A stretch of 63,425 nucleotides of DNA, filler included, from Hyphochytrium catenoides (GCA_900088475.1; 9 parts of 9 records of this genome joined end to end with filler, not necessarily neighbours in it); one strand, 5' to 3'; positions 1 through 13,878 are shown, counted from the whole stretch's first letter. The notes: generated by a model from the letters alone, not told the origin. A program made the numbers and translations.

Positions 1-912
1 CGAGAGAGAGAACAGAGAGAGAGAGACAGGAAGGGATAATTATAGGTCTTTGGCATCATGGCGGGACGAATATTACTGAGCTGAAAGTACAGCGTGACAG
101 AGATACGTCGAGTAAGGGCCTAATAACAACCAAAGGAGGGTTTATAAACTAAGTTAATCTGTCATGTAACAGGGAGGCCTTCAACCATATCCCCCTCGAA
201 CCAGCATGAATGAAATAAACCGCCTTTAGCTGCTTCTGTGCCGGGAGACAGAAAGGCCGTTACAGCTCTCAAAAGGTACATACACTTCTAAACGGGAACG
301 GCTTCGCTTCGAAACCCAACATTGTCAGGAATCAGCATGACTCTGTTAGCTGTATATCTAATCCTCACAGGCGATGGTTGTGAGTGGCGGGCGTCTTAGC
401 CATGGGTCCAAAGTGCGTCTCTCCGCCTGACAGTGAGGGCTGTTAGTCTGTCTCTCGGCTCTCAGTGGCCTGCGCCGCCCCGCTTAGCTCGTCCATCTAA
501 GGCTCTATGTCGAGCTTGAGCGGGTTCATCAGTAAACTAGTGTTTACTGTCCGCTGGTGGGGCCTGGAGATGGCAAGAGGCCAGCTGATGGGCCCCACAG
601 GCGGAAGGAGAGATAGCTTGCGGACGAGTAACAAGCTCTAGCTCTCTCTCTCTCTCCCCGAGAAGTCCATTTAGATTGCAGTGCGATAAGGCTGATTGAT
701 ACCTCGCTTAAGTGGCAGACGACTAGGAGAAGCTAAGTAAGGGGCACACTCAGTCGCCATCGCCAGTCGCGCTAACAATCCTCTGAGCGATGGGTAATTT
801 GCCCCTCTACTTCAATATTCAATTGCTTGAGCCAGGGTCGAAGCCCTCAACATGGAAGCTAGCATGAGAATAAATAGAAAGGCCATCGCCAAATAAGTTA
901 AGCAGACTACGC

Positions 913-2562
913 TCAAGTCGCTGCCTGTCCCACAGCTTCCTTAAAGAGCTGGAAAGCAGTCTCTGGTCCTAGTTGATGGAGCTTCTTGAGCGCCTCCCAT
1001 GCTGGTGCTTGGCTGATGGCGACGTACGTGTTCTCAGGTTCTAAGATTAGCTGGTGCGTAGAGTTGAGGACGCTTTGAGTGAGCCTGGCGCAAACTCCAT
1101 AGTATAACACTGAGGGTAGAGGTTAGCAATGCGCGGCAGGCAGCTTCTTACTAGGAGATCGCCACTAACCATTCAGCTCTTCTTCTTGGAGCGGCATAAC
1201 GGAATGATAGCCCCGGACAACGGCCTTGATGATGGGCTCTATGTGCTCCTGCCGTAATATAGCGTACGCGATGGTGATGCAGAGCTCCAGCACCAGTGTA
1301 CTGTACACCATGTCACCTACAGAGCGGGAGAGATTCTTCAGCTACTAGCAAGTGAATAAGAAGAAAGAGAGACCATACCGAAGTCAATGATCCCCGTTAT
1401 TGTCCTTCCCTCCGCGTCTACCAGGATGTTATATTCATTGCAGTCGTGGTGGGTTAGACCCTGAAAAGATGCCGAGCGAGAGCCACGTCGGAGGGGAGAG
1501 AGAGAATGTTAGAGAGAGAGAGAGAGAGACAGAGTGGAAAAAAGAAGTTTGAGTAAGGGACTCGAATGAATCGTGAGGAAGGATAAGGCTAACTGCGCCT
1601 GGATAGGAGCCTCTCAGGCCAAGTGTGGCCTCTTTGTACCTCGCGGAGAAACTTCAGCTTTGGCTGGACTTCACTCTCGAACTTATGAAGGTAGTGCGCC
1701 GCCAGCTTGCGATGGGCAGGCAGAGGCACTTCCTCCAGGTAACCGCGGGCATTCAGCATGTTTCTTAGGTTCCAGCCGTGGTCATGGGATTTCATGATCG
1801 GGTGACTAAACTCTTGCAGTGCGCTGTAAACACCCAGACGGTCCTCAGACAAGAGTAAATCTCAAGGCTTTCCCAGGGGCTACGGAGTACCTTGAGAGCT
1901 TGCCCACCGTCTGGCCCAGGTCCATCATTAGCTCTTCCGTGTAGACAGCCTCCGCCAGGACTTTTCCTTGCAAATACCGCAGGAGCCTCACGGGATAGCT
2001 CTTCCCATTCTCTGGAGAAGGAGCTAGGCTGAGACCTAGGCATCTAGAGATTGAGGAGGAAGCCAACGCGGTCTCACCTGCGGCATAGCTAGCAATCAGA
2101 GCATCTGTCTCGTTGCCGCTCTCCGTCCTACTAGCAGTCTTCTCCTTTCGTATCGGCAAGACAGTCGGCACAGGGACGCCTTTGCTGCTGAGAAAGTTGC
2201 AAGCCTGGTTCTGAAAATCTAAGATCTGCAGGTCGGCGATAGTGGGATTGGAGATTTTCATGGTCGCAAGCTCTAGAGCCCCTCCTGAGAGTTCCCGGCG
2301 GTAGGAGATGCGGAAGTTCTGGTCATCATAGCTTGGGATCTGCTTGATCTGTGGAAAGGTTGAAAGAGAAAGAGCAAGAGCAAGGAGTCAGAGAGAGAGA
2401 GGGAATGAAAAGAGAGCGGACAGAGAGCGGCAGCAAGAGTATGCGAGTCTCTAGAAAGCCTTTCACCTCCTCTGCGTCCAAGCCATAAATCTCTCGCGCA
2501 ATGTGCCGGCACTCTTCTACCGTGAGCCTCGGCTTGCTTTCCACGACTTCTCTTGTCGACAT
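913..2562 (-). CDS. HYKK: Hydroxylysine kinase-like aminoglycoside-phosphotransferase-family kinase (multi-exon)
   Basis: Manual splicing gives MSTREVV...AEE|IKQIPSYDDQNF...MKISN...VRLLRYLQG...HHDCNEYNILV...IIDFG|DMV...AISQAPAWEAL. It has the HxDxxxxN and DFGD phosphotransferase motifs and the PSYDDQNF signature of HYKK/AGPHD1, with GT-AG introns. Confidence 0.85.
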
Positions 2563-3249
2563 CGCCCCTGAATCCTAGAAGCACAGCCACGAGCCCACAG
2601 AGGTTTGGCGCTCCTTTCCTGGTCCTCGTCCTCAAAATGTCTGAAGTTCTTCTGAAGTGCTGAGAAAGTAGGATTGTGCGCGAGAAGAGCAGAGTTGGAG
2701 AGGGGTGGCAAGGGGAGAGGGACTGGTGGGTTTGGGAAAGACGAGTGCCTGTGAGCTCAACTAACTCTTCCCTAGCTGCTTGTTTGGTCAAGGTACCCTG
2801 CTCCACGCACAGGTTCTCAAAAGTTTCTCTTCGTGCTTCTCACTTTCTTCCTGTGATTTCTCTTCACTCTGCTCTTGCTCTCTCTCTCTCACTCTCTCTC
2901 TCTCTCTATCTCCCTCTCTCTCTCTGACTCGTTCTATCTCCCAAGTCAAATTCTTATCGTTCTTGTGGCTCCTGGGCTTGCTCTTCCCTTTCCTTCCTTT
3001 GCCTCTTCGAGAAGTATTAGGTGAGGAGGCCTCAAAGCTCCCCCTGGAGTAGACATCACTCCCTAGATATAATGGGTCTGACAGCGAGGTGGGTTTGTCT
3101 ATGTAAAGCTATGTTAGGTGATGAGTGTGGGTTTGAGAGAGTGGTGGGTTGAGTCAGAAACAAACCTTCACCACCACATCAGAATCACTCCCTCCCTCTC
3201 TCCCTCTCCCCTCTTACCCTCTTCCTCTCTGTCTCCCCGCACCCGACTT

Positions 3250-3286
<37 letters not shown>

Positions 3287-3307
3287 TTCTCTTTCTCTCT
3301 TTCTCTC

Positions 3308-3353
<46 letters not shown>

Positions 3354-3656
3354 TTCTTTCTCTCTTCTCTCTCTCTCTCTCCCTCTCTCTCCCTCTCTCT
3401 CTCTCTCTGTTTTTGAGTGCGTCTTTTACGCTGTGAAGTTCAATGCTGTTGTCTCCATGCATCAGAAGAGCCCAGCAACGGACGTGTCGCTGCAGGAAGC
3501 GGCAGGAGAAGAGAGAGAGAGAGATTGGCTGTCACTGGCACTCAAACTCTAGGTAACTGCGAGATAGCACAGGTGGACCGTAGTCCGAAGCGTGGAGAGT
3601 GAGCTAACAAAGCGAAAAGAGAGAGAGAAAGAGAGAGAGAGAGAGCAGGACAGGCC

Positions 3657-3917
3657 ATGGCAGCGCGGTTCCTCTCTCGCTCGGCCGCACGCTGGGGTGC
3701 AGCTTCGCCTCAGGTGCTGAGAGGGGGAAATGTCAGGCCAGTGATGCCTCTCCAGCCACTTCTCCGCCTTCTCCGTCATAATAGCACAGCGCCAGGTAAC
3801 TGTCGTTGCCTTTCACCTCTCTCCTCCTCCTCTCTTCTTGCCTTTCTCTTCTTCTGCCTCTTAATTGCCTACTCTCTCCTTCTCTCTACCAAAAGAGCCT
3901 TTCTTTCTTGTGTCTCT

Positions 3918-3962
<45 letters not shown>

Positions 3963-4197
3963 CGCCTGTCGTCTTACGCGGTCACCTATCCTCTCACCGC
4001 CTGCTTCTCTCTCTTCCACACCAGACAGCGACACGGTCCAGCTGACGTTTGTCCACCCAGAAGAGGGAGAGAAAGTCGTCACGGCGAAGGTTGCCACGTC
4101 GCTGCTGGACGTTGCACACGAAAACGACGTTGAACTGGAGGGTATGGTCTAGGGCTCTCTCTTTGTTTCTCTCTCTTTCTCTCTCTCTCTTTCTCTG

Positions 4198-4235
<38 letters not shown>

Positions 4236-5013
4236 CTCTCTCCCTCCCTCTTTCTCACGCTCTCTCTCTCTCTCTCTCTCGCTGTCTTTCTTCCCTGTCG
4301 TTGCGCGCTCTATCTTTCTGTCCCGCTCGTCTCTCTTTTCTCTTTCTCTCTCATCTATCTCGTATCTCTCTCCCTTTTCTTTTTCTCTCTCCTCCTCATG
4401 TTTCCTTCCTTCTCTATTTCCCCTTTCTCTCCCATTTCCCTCTCCTACTCCCTTTGCTTCATCTTTTGCTCTGCTAACGGTCTTCGCCGTCTCCTGTCAG
4501 GCGCTTGCGGCGGCGAGCTGGCGTGCTCCACCTGTCACGTTATCCTGCCTGAGTCATTTATGTCTCTGATGCCACCCGTCTCAGAGGAAGAAGAAGATAT
4601 GTTAGATCTCGCCTGGGGCGTCACAGAGACGTAAGCTCTCTCTCTCTCCTCTTTACTTTTTTTGTGGCGCTCGACGACGGCATCTTCCGTCGAGACAAGA
4701 GATCTCCCTTTCTCTCTCCCTTCAGGTGTTCGCTCTGAGCTTATGATTGCACTGAATAGACAGGCGCTTCTACCCTGCAGTGTCTCCCACTCGCAACCTG
4801 TCTCGGCCTTGGATTCTCTCCCCACTTTCTCTTTCCTTTCCGTTACATGCTGACACCGCCGTTTCCTTGCTTTCCCCTGTTGGCACTACATCCCACCACG
4901 ACGCTCTTCTTACTGTTCGCTTTAGCTCTCGGTTAGGGTGCCAGATCAAAGTGACGAAAGAGATGGATGGGATGGTTGTCCGTCTCCCTGATGAAACGCT
5001 GAACCTCATGTGA
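3657..5013 (+). CDS. Mitochondrial adrenodoxin-type [2Fe-2S] ferredoxin
   Basis: Exons about 3657-3795, 4025-4141, 4501-4630, 4926-5013. Arg-rich presequence, then EGACGGELACSTCHVIL and TSRLGCQI cysteine motifs and EEDMLDLA. Confidence 0.93.
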
Positions 5014-5329
5014 GACAAAGTTTGAAAGGAGGAGCAAGAGAAGGTCAAGACGGGGCTAATATAGGCAGCCTTCCTCCCGCGGCAGGCGCTCTTCTCACAG
5101 GTTTATTTATTGAATGGCTCACTTGTCTAAGGCGCAAAGAGAGAGCGGAGCCAAGCTCACCTCTCTCTCACACTTTCTGTCGCGCCCATAATACAATAAA
5201 GCAGCAAATCTCGATGGCCTTAGAGATCTGTCTCTTCCGTGTCTGTCAAGTAAGCTCCGTCAGGTGGCAAGGTCAGGCAGCTCGATGTCAGGGCTGAGCT
5301 TGCAGGTTTGGACTGAACAGAGAGAGATC

Positions 5330-5838
5330 CTATGATGATCTCTGTTGGGAGGAGAAGAAGGAAGGCGGGAGACGGAGACAGATTCTGGCCTCTGACTCTA
5401 CAAAATCCGGGGAGTCAGGTTCCACTTGCGTCTTGAAGCTCAGACGGAGCTGGATAGAGATCTTGCCAGTGCTTCTCAGCTGCTCGAACTCTTCTTTGGG
5501 GAGCTGCTCCAAGAAGAGAACCGGAGATCGCAGGAGAAGAGAGAAAAAGATGTTAGAGGATCGGACTGTCACAATAGGATTTAGAGCTGACTCAAAGCTG
5601 AGCTGGAAGACACTCACTTCTATTGGCACAGTCGAGCTGTTACGAAAGTGAAAGACNNNNNNNNNNNNNNNNNNNNNNNNNNNNNNNNNNNNNNNNNNNN
5701 NNNNNNNNNNNATGGATGGCGGGACTGAATACTGGGCGAGCAGGCTTGACTTCTGACTCTCTCTCTCTCTCTCTTCTCTCGCTCGCTTTCCCTCTCCCTC
5801 TTTCTTTCTCTCTTTCTCACTCCGTTCCCCGCTCTTTC

Positions 5839-5869
<31 letters not shown>

Positions 5870-8315
5870 CCCTCTCATGTCACTCTCTCTTATTCTCAGT
5901 CTACTTCCATCAACTCAATCTACGCACCATAGTCCACGTCGTGCAGGTTGGGGTCCTCAGCCGCCGGGATGGTGAATGTGGGGGAAGGGAGAGAGACCTT
6001 ATAGATAAGAAAGCGGTGAGCTGGAGAGCGCTTATGGAAGGATGGACAACTGAGGTGCGCCTTACCTTCAGACTGTCAACCTGTCCCTCAGTGGCTGCAT
6101 GCTCCAGTCGCACATCCAGATCGACGTCATGTGGATTGACGAATAGCAGACGGATCCGACATGCCTGCACTTCCTCCTCTGTCTGCTGGTTTGAGAGTCG
6201 AGTACATCAGGGGTCGCCTTGAAGCTCATCGCTATCTAAAACTCTGATCACTTTCCAGTGGTCTTGCTACGCATAAGCGTCTTTCTCTTTCTCTCTCTCT
6301 TTACCGTTTAATTTTGGCTCATTTTCCTCTACTCCGCCAACTCTCTTTCCCCTTTGTATATCTTGCTCCACCTCATTGCACTAGCGCATCTCCATAAACA
6401 AGTTCCGTTGCTATGTGCCCGTGGCCAGCTCGATAGCAAAGAGAAACTTACATGGGCAATCAGGATATTGGGCAGATAGCCAGTTCCTAGACTCGCTTTC
6501 TTCCACCAAGAAGTGTAGGTGCGCATTGAGCTATCGCCCGTAAGGGGATTGATCTGCGGCTTAAGGACTATGCCAGGGTGGCCCAAAGATAGAGATTCTA
6601 GGCAACGCCGAGAGACCTTTGTGCGCAGGGGAACTCGTGAAGGATGCAGGTGTCTGACACCAGGTAGAGGGACAGGCCATTAGCGAGACATAAGGCGGCG
6701 GGTGAGAAAGGCGTTGCGAGCCAGGCTTCAGAGGCAAAGTCTTCTTGAGGAAATTTCCATCACAAGGCGGTAGAGGGAGAAGGTAAGACAGCAAGCGTAC
6801 AGTCTCGCGGGACCCGACTGGGCAAATGGCCGGTCCGGGACAAGCCGACGGGCTTTGGACTAGGGCGAAAAGTCGGATGGAAAGAGGCTGCCGGTGAATA
6901 GTAGAAGGAGAAAAGGTACCTGCAGAAATGTGACTGTAACCTCGTCTCTCGCAGACGCTGTGAGAGACTGGAAACATCTTCTACGCGGCACGGTCGTTCT
7001 CCCTCCCACTCTCTACAACTCCAGGGCCGCACTACTGAGTCATTCAGAGGGTTGGAATCCGATTTAGGAGCCTTGGAGCTCTCCTGGAGCTTTTGCTCAG
7101 CATCCTGCCAGCGCCAAGGTGTGACGGATGGGACCCTTTCAGGCATCAGCGAGCCTAAGGGAGAGGATCAGGTAAGGTTTTCACGCTCCGAACAGTCAGT
7201 CAGTGAGTAGCAGTCTGTCTGCTCCCAGAATAAAGGTGTAAAACTCTAAAGAGAAGAAGCGAGGAACTCATACTTCGCTGTTGTAAGAGAACGGCACTTC
7301 CTCGCATTGACTTTCTAGGCGACGTCCGCTTCGTCTTAGCGCGATAGAAGTCCAGGAGCCTCTTCATGTGCTCTTCTTGAGGAGACTCACGCTCGAAGGC
7401 CAGAGCAGACACTGGCAAGCATACAGGGAGAGAAAAAGAGAGAGAGAGAAACAGTGGCATTCGCAAGGTGTCAGGTCCAGATACAGACCTTCTCTGCTGA
7501 GAGAGGAACGAGGCAGCGTCTCTCTCTCCTCTGTCTTCTAATCTACATGGCCCAGGTCCAGTCTCCTAGTCCAGTCTCAACACATAGGCGAGAAGACTTA
7601 CTTGTCAGAGCATCTGGCTCGCTCTCCACAAGCTTGATAGAAGAAGAGTCCCATCGACAGTAGGAGCAATAGAATAGATGCTTCTCTTCCCTACAGCCAA
7701 GGGAAGCGGAGTCTTCAGTGCAAGATTCCGTGGCAACATGCATAAGTTAGCAAGGACAAGAGAGCCTGCTGACATCGAACCCTTGACAATGATGAAGACA
7801 AGTGTGGAAGCAAGAAATGCGCAGGCTGGTGGGCGAAGGCAGAGCCTTAGGTCAATCGCCAGCGGCGTGCTGGCCCACTTACTTTGCAGACTTGGCGATG
7901 GTGAGGACAGCAGTGCAGAGCGGGCAGCAGAACCAGTTGGCGCTCCTGGACGCAGCGAGAAAAGGTTATTCACTACGCAGCCTTAAGGACTGAATGCTTT
8001 TGCTCTGTCGATGACTCCGTCTTACCGATTGAGGTAGAGAGAAGCCTCGGGGGTGGGCAGGTTCTCCAACGACTGTGGACAGTAATAGGACTCAACCTCC
8101 TCTGTCGAGCACGTAGGAGAGGGGCAGACGGTTTTCTTGCAATGTTCGCACCAATAGAGCCGCGAGAGGGGCCACCACTCTCCACAGCTGCACTCATAGA
8201 GGATGCTTGCATCCGAAAGCAGGCTCTCTCTCGAGGAGTTCCATAGACCTGAGCTTCCGTAATATGAATTAGGGTGGGAAGGACCTCGCAGGCCCAACGT
8301 CTCTGAGGCTGCCAT
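5330..8315 (-). CDS. DCTN4: Dynactin subunit 4 (p62), multi-exon, with an internal N gap
   Basis: N-terminal LSRLYWCEHCKK...EEVESYYCPQSLENLPTPEASLYLNR, then FYCSYCRWDS and PGIVLKPQINP, match the Dynactin_p62 family pattern. Confidence 0.85.
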
Positions 8316-8778
8316 GGGTGCTGTCTATGGAGAAGATGGACCTTCACGGAGGCAGTCGTGGACGATCAGACTGAGGGTCTCAGCCTCAGGATGGCATCCT
8401 TCAGCTCAGGGTTGGGCGCGGCCCCTCCTTAGCATTGGATTGTGTGGGCTTCGCTGTCCCTCACCCCCGTGACTTGAAATAGAATCCAGCTTGTCCACAG
8501 TGCGTTCCGCGCCCAGCACCAAGGACAAGCAGGCTCTCTCCTTCCTCCGTCGCGTTGTCTGAATGACAATGACGAGGCGCTGATCCTTTCTTCGTCCTTT
8601 CGCCTCTTGGGCAGCCCCAGGCCGGGTGCTGTCAGGTCGTCACGCCAGGGCAAGACGCCAAAACACGCGGGGATTCCCATTCTTCTCGTCGGACGATCAA
8701 GGGATTTGGAGCGAACGTGTTGTAGGGTGTAGTATGTGCACTAGTTAGCTGTAACCATTCTGTTGATAATGTGGGTGT

Positions 8779-8810
<32 letters not shown>

Positions 8811-9291
8811 NNNNNNNNNNNNNNNNNNNNNNNNNNNNNNNNNNNNNNNNNNNNNNNNNTCTCTCACTCTCACTCTCCCGTTCTCCTTTCTCCTCTTCTC
8901 TCTCTCTCCTGTTCTCCCCTCCTCTTGGCTCGCCTCGCCTCTGCTCTCTACTTCCTAGTGGTACTTCTACTCGTACGACAATACAGCGCTTGTCAAAAGG
9001 CAAGCACGCTGCAGAACCTACAGCGGCAGGAGACAAGAGAGAGGAGACAGCCTCTCAGGCGGACAGCCCCACAGGATCCTCCATCTCCATCTGGGTTTGC
9101 ATCACACAGCCGCCTTCCCATGGCCCCGTAGTCCTTACTGTCAGAGGCTCAACCATTGCGTGACGGAGAGGTTATTTCTCTCTCTAATAAGCACAGCTGT
9201 CGCATGCCACGAGGAGCCGAGCGATTCCTTCTCTCTATCTTCAGCCCGATCTCTTCTTAGATTTATATTAGCGGTGGATTCTAAGCCCAGG

Positions 9292-11531
9292 ATGGACTTC
9301 ATCTTCTCATCAGCACGATGGGCTCTCCTCATCATCGTCGCCGCTGTGGTCTACTCGTGGCTCCAGGAGCTGGGAAAGCAGAAAGATGACGCTTTTCAAA
9401 TCTTTCAAGGTCTCAGCCTGCTCGCTAGGTCAGCGACACTGCCTCCAGCGCTAAATATCGCGATCGGAGTCAACACGGTAGGCAGATCCTCTCATCAATT
9501 GCCTCACGGATTTAATGTTCGTCAGTGTCTGACGGTCCCTTTGCGATCAACATAGAACCTCGATCTGGTCGTGGATGCCTTGCCCGTCTTCCGCCATTTA
9601 GGTCTCGATTCTACGCTGCCAGGGCAAGATCATCGGGAACTTGGCTCTAAGAAGGAGTTATCGGAGACTTTCGGCTACTATTTCAAGGTGCTTGCAACTC
9701 CTTTCGCATGTCTTTTCTCTTGCTCCCCCGCCCATGACGCACGATGTCCACCACTTTCTGACAGAAAAATGCCTTTTTAGACGCAGGGTGCCGCAGAAAG
9801 ATTTGTTTCCTCCGACGAGCTCTGGGCTTCAGTGCTGGGCAGCGCCGAGACTCAACAGGCACAGGAGTATCACATTGGAGGAAATGCCGCACTCATGGCA
9901 AAGAGATTTGCGGAGCTTGGGGCCACGGTGCTCTTAGCAGGGCCCATTGGTCCCAAGTTAAAGGAGCTACTGCCTTCAGAGATAAAGCTAACTGAAGATG
10001 AACAGAGTGCGGACGAGGTACACCTTATCCTTGAGTATCGACGAGGAGAGAGCTGGGGCACAACGAAGGCCAGCCGCGCAAACCGCTTCATCCTCACACG
10101 CGACCTCAACAACGCGCAACTAAAGGGCATTGAGGAGCTGCAACGGACGCTACGGCTAAAACTCTTTCAGCCGTCAGTCATCGTCCTCTCAGGTAGGTCA
10201 CTAAGTCTGAAGGCCGTCTTCTTCTTCACTGAGGCTCCTCCCACCAACCTCAACAGGTCTACATAACTTGGTTGGGGCGGATGGAGAGACCAGGACGAGG
10301 CGGCTCGATGCAGCAGCAAAGTTTCTTCAGTCTGTGGAAGCTTCTGTGCCGGTGCATTTGGAGATGGCTTCAATCGGAGACAAAGCACTGTTGACAGAGA
10401 TCTGCAACACGCTCTTTCCTCTTGTAGATTCTTTAGGTGACTCCCCACAACTTCTCTTCTCTCTCGAGCTCCTTCTATGTTCCTACTTCTATCTTCTCCC
10501 CTGACAAAAAGGCCATGAGTCTGTTCTGTTCGGCTTTACATATGCTCCTTACGGCTTCCTCTCTGGATTCCATTTCGACTTGCGTCCGCCTTGTTGAGCC
10601 ATAAAAAGCCCTTATGTTGCTTGGGTTTGTTCTTCCGCCCTAGGCTTCAACGAGCAGGAGCTGGCAGATATCTACAGCGCTGTTGGCGGCGGATGGGTCG
10701 AAGCTCGAAATATTACCAAGAAAGACATGTCCAGGAAGGTGTGCAGTGGAGATGACCGTCACTCTTTCACTCTTGGCCTCCTAAACCTCTCCTCGTCGCC
10801 TGGGCAGATTCCTGAGCCTATGGTCGTCCAACACGGTCTTCAGTACCTACTTGATCGGTTCTCAGGGGGCAAAGCCGGAAGATCTCTAAAGCGAGTACAT
10901 TTTCACAGTCTCAGCTTTCACATGCTCGCGGAGCGGGTTCAGGTAAGTCACAGCCGTAGAGGAGGCCTTTGGCCGTCGCTTCTCACGTCCGTCCGTCTCT
11001 GGCTGGCAGGACTCTAGGACCGAGCTCTTTGAAGATGGTCTCCAAGGTCTGGCAACAGGCTCTCTTCAGGCCACGTTGCAGGTCCGATGACGTGCTGGTG
11101 AACTACTTTGAGGTGCCCAAGTTAAGGGCTAACTAAATTTACTAGGCCTGCGATTGCACTTCTGAAGATGTGACGACTGAGATGATCGAACTCATAGGAC
11201 CATTGCGGTTCAGAATTCAAGGCACCACCGGCATTCTGAACCAGGTGAGCAAATCTCCATCAGCCACGTCGAGCAAAATAATACATGCTCTTACATGGAG
11301 ATCCCTTGTCCGCTCAACTGTTAGCATATAAGCAAGGTGAAGCCAATGGCTCGATGGACTGTTCGTGTGGGCAACATGGAGAGGCCAGGAGAAAGAGACT
11401 TTGATGCCTTTCGATTCACACTGGTGCCGGTGATGGTTTGCAAGGCACCCTCGAAGACGGTGGGGCTCGGTGATGCTATCTCCGCAACAGCGTTAGCATT
11501 CTCCATAAGGGAGAGCCGCAGATCTTCCTGA
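9292..11531 (+). CDS. ADPGK: ADP-dependent glucokinase (ribokinase fold) with N-terminal hydrophobic anchor, multi-exon
   Basis: IAIGVNT|NLDLVV, HIGGNAALMA, DEVHLILEY, RANRFI, VHLEMAS, G|FNEQEL, RVHFHSL and C-terminal TVGLGDAISA are ADP-GK family motifs. Confidence 0.9.
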
Positions 11532-13686
11532 GGGAATGACCGTGCCAAAAGTGGAGGGCCAACATTCAAGCAGATCTCTCCAATGTCAGCGAGTGTGCTT
11601 TAGGTTGAGGGGTTCAGCCCATAGTCAACATACTACTGCGGCGGCTCCAACTGATAGACATCAGGGCTCCTGGACTATACGAAGACTTTCCGCTCATAAG
11701 AAGGATACGTTCCCTCAAAGCCTCCCTTATACCGACCTGTGGACAGCAGACAACTCTCGCCTAACGCGATAAACACATTAGAATGCTTAGCTTGTAACAT
11801 AGTAGTGGGTCACGTACCCAACACGCAATAGATTAATCAAAATGGGCGTGACCCCTTCGCTGAGGTCCTGACAAGACCAGTCCCGGCTGGTCAGATCCTC
11901 GTTGCAAGTCTTTCTATCAACCTTTCCTGCCGCAAATCCCTCGAAATCTTTTTAAACGAACTCTACAATGTGACGGTAGATAGCTTGTTGACTGGACAGT
12001 GCTGCCTTGGAGCCTGTCGTGACTTACTGACGACTAACCGACGGGACCCCGGAGGGAAGTGGAGAGCTCAGACCTTTGGGGGCTGACTGTTGGTGAGGTG
12101 TAAAAGAGTAGCCCTCAGGTACATTAAGGTAAGAGAAAAAGCTCTCCTGAGCGCTTTGTTTCATTTTTTCTTACTATTCTTGCTCTCCGTCCCGCCCCTC
12201 TCTCCCCAACCCCTTCAAGCTACGGTCTAGTACGCGGTTCAAAGCCCCTCGGCTGATCGATCTGTCCTCCTGTCTCTCTATATCGCACTTCTCGTCGCTC
12301 TCGGGCGACGTCGAACAGAAGGACCTCAATGGCTTTGCAGGCGCTCACGGCGGAGACTAAACCCTCGCTAGACTACCTATCCTCCTCTGTTTGGCCCCAA
12401 CCTCAGCATTCGTTCGCCCGGGCATTATTCATCTAATGGTGCTTCTCCTATCTAGGCACGGTCCCCTAGGCGCGCCTCTCTCATCTCAAACCAATGGATT
12501 TGCTGCCCCTGCTCTTGCTGGAACAACCTGCCAAGTTTCTACCCTCAGTTGACAAGGATCTCCAGATTGTCCTCTGAGCCGTGATGCTCTGGTGGAGGCC
12601 ATGACGCAATGGTGAGGAGACCATCGGCTTGAGATCACTACCGAAGCTTTGCGCCGACCTTTGCTAGCAAAACTTATGTCGTGGCGGCAAAGATGGAGCT
12701 TTGCCTCCTGTGGGGAATCTTCTGCGCTCTTTGCAATCGAGGCCTTCGAAAGCAGTGTAAGTATTATAAGGCGGTGGCCACGTAAGGATGCGATGAAGGG
12801 CTAAAGTCTCTTACAGGCTCCATCCGGGGTACTATTCTTAAGAAAGCAACCAACTGCCTCTTGAGACGGAGCTCAGGCGCTGATAGAGGTGCCAGCCAGG
12901 CAAAAAATGCAAGTGCTGCCAGCGCCTGGATGTGAGTTCATTCATTGAATTCCTAGCTTTGCCGAGTCTAGAGAGAGACAGTGAGAGAGAAAGAGGAGAG
13001 AGAGAGAGAGAGACAGAGAGAGACAGAGAGACAGAGAGAGACAGAGAGAGTGATAGAGAGAGACAGGGAGACAGAGAGAAAGAGAGAGGGAGACAGAGAG
13101 ACAAAGAGACAGAGATGGAGAGAGATATCAGTTGTGAATTGTAAAGGGTGTCTTGAACATACGCATCCAGAATCATATCTATATTATCCGTAATAATACA
13201 TGACTTTGAGCCGGCGTTTCCAGATCCGCCAACCTTCTTCTGTATCAGGAACACAAACGCTTGGAAAGCACTATTTTCACGAGCATAGTATGTCTAATTC
13301 TAAACATTGGCAGTATGACATCGCCAGTATGTATCTATGTGTTCCAAGTCATCAGTCATCAGCCAGAAGAAGAGGAACTCTCAGTCTCCAACAGCGCGGT
13401 GATCCCAGACAGATAAGCGCAGCGCAGCTCGGCTTGCACCTCTGCACACTTAGGAGCAGCAAAACACGCTTGACAGCAACAAGCTCAGTCTATCCTTTGT
13501 CCAAGCCGCTCGCCCTGAAGCCGGCTCACACTCCGTGAAAACCCGGTACAGCAGCCATCTATCCTGGGCGATAAGATTGTTAGCGCAGTCTTGTCAGGTA
13601 GTCACCTGCTGTTTTCACTACGCTGAGCCTTTGAACCTTAGGCTGACAGGATTGTCTCATCGTCCTAGGGATCAAGCAGCTGCAAC

Positions 13687-13878
13687 ATGGTTCGCCAAGC
13701 AATTAATACCGTTAAGCGCTTCATTGATACAGAGCCCATCGCCGCGGCGTCCATCGCCATGGGAGTGGTCGGAATCGTGAACATTATGGTGCTCCTGCCT
13801 TACCGAGACAAGCGAGGGCTCTCCACTATCAACACTCCCCACAACTTTGATGGCTACACTCCTCCATCTCTCCGCTAG
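13687..13878 (+). CDS. Small single-TM protein resembling complex I B9/NDUFA3 (NI9M) subunit
   Basis: 63-aa ATG ORF: F..EPI, a hydrophobic helix, PYR...TPHNF, similar in layout to NDUFA3 (KEPV...TPYNY). A GT...AG intron-like stretch lies just upstream in the putative 5' UTR. Confidence 0.55.
   Translation: MVRQAINTVKRFIDTEPIAAASIAMGVVGIVNIMVLLPYRDKRGLSTINTPHNFDGYTPPSLR

Noticed and set aside
2780-3602. Many long LSLSLS / ERERER ORFs here and throughout the window
   Set aside because: They are translations of (CT)n/(GA)n microsatellites, which lack stop codons.
4660-4810. Riboswitch or iron-responsive element in the ferredoxin intron (ctcgacg/cgtcgag and agacagg/cctgtct stems, CAGTGT word)
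   Set aside because: The stems are only about 7 bp, the CAGTGT is not closed by an IRE stem, and no TPP-aptamer motifs are present.
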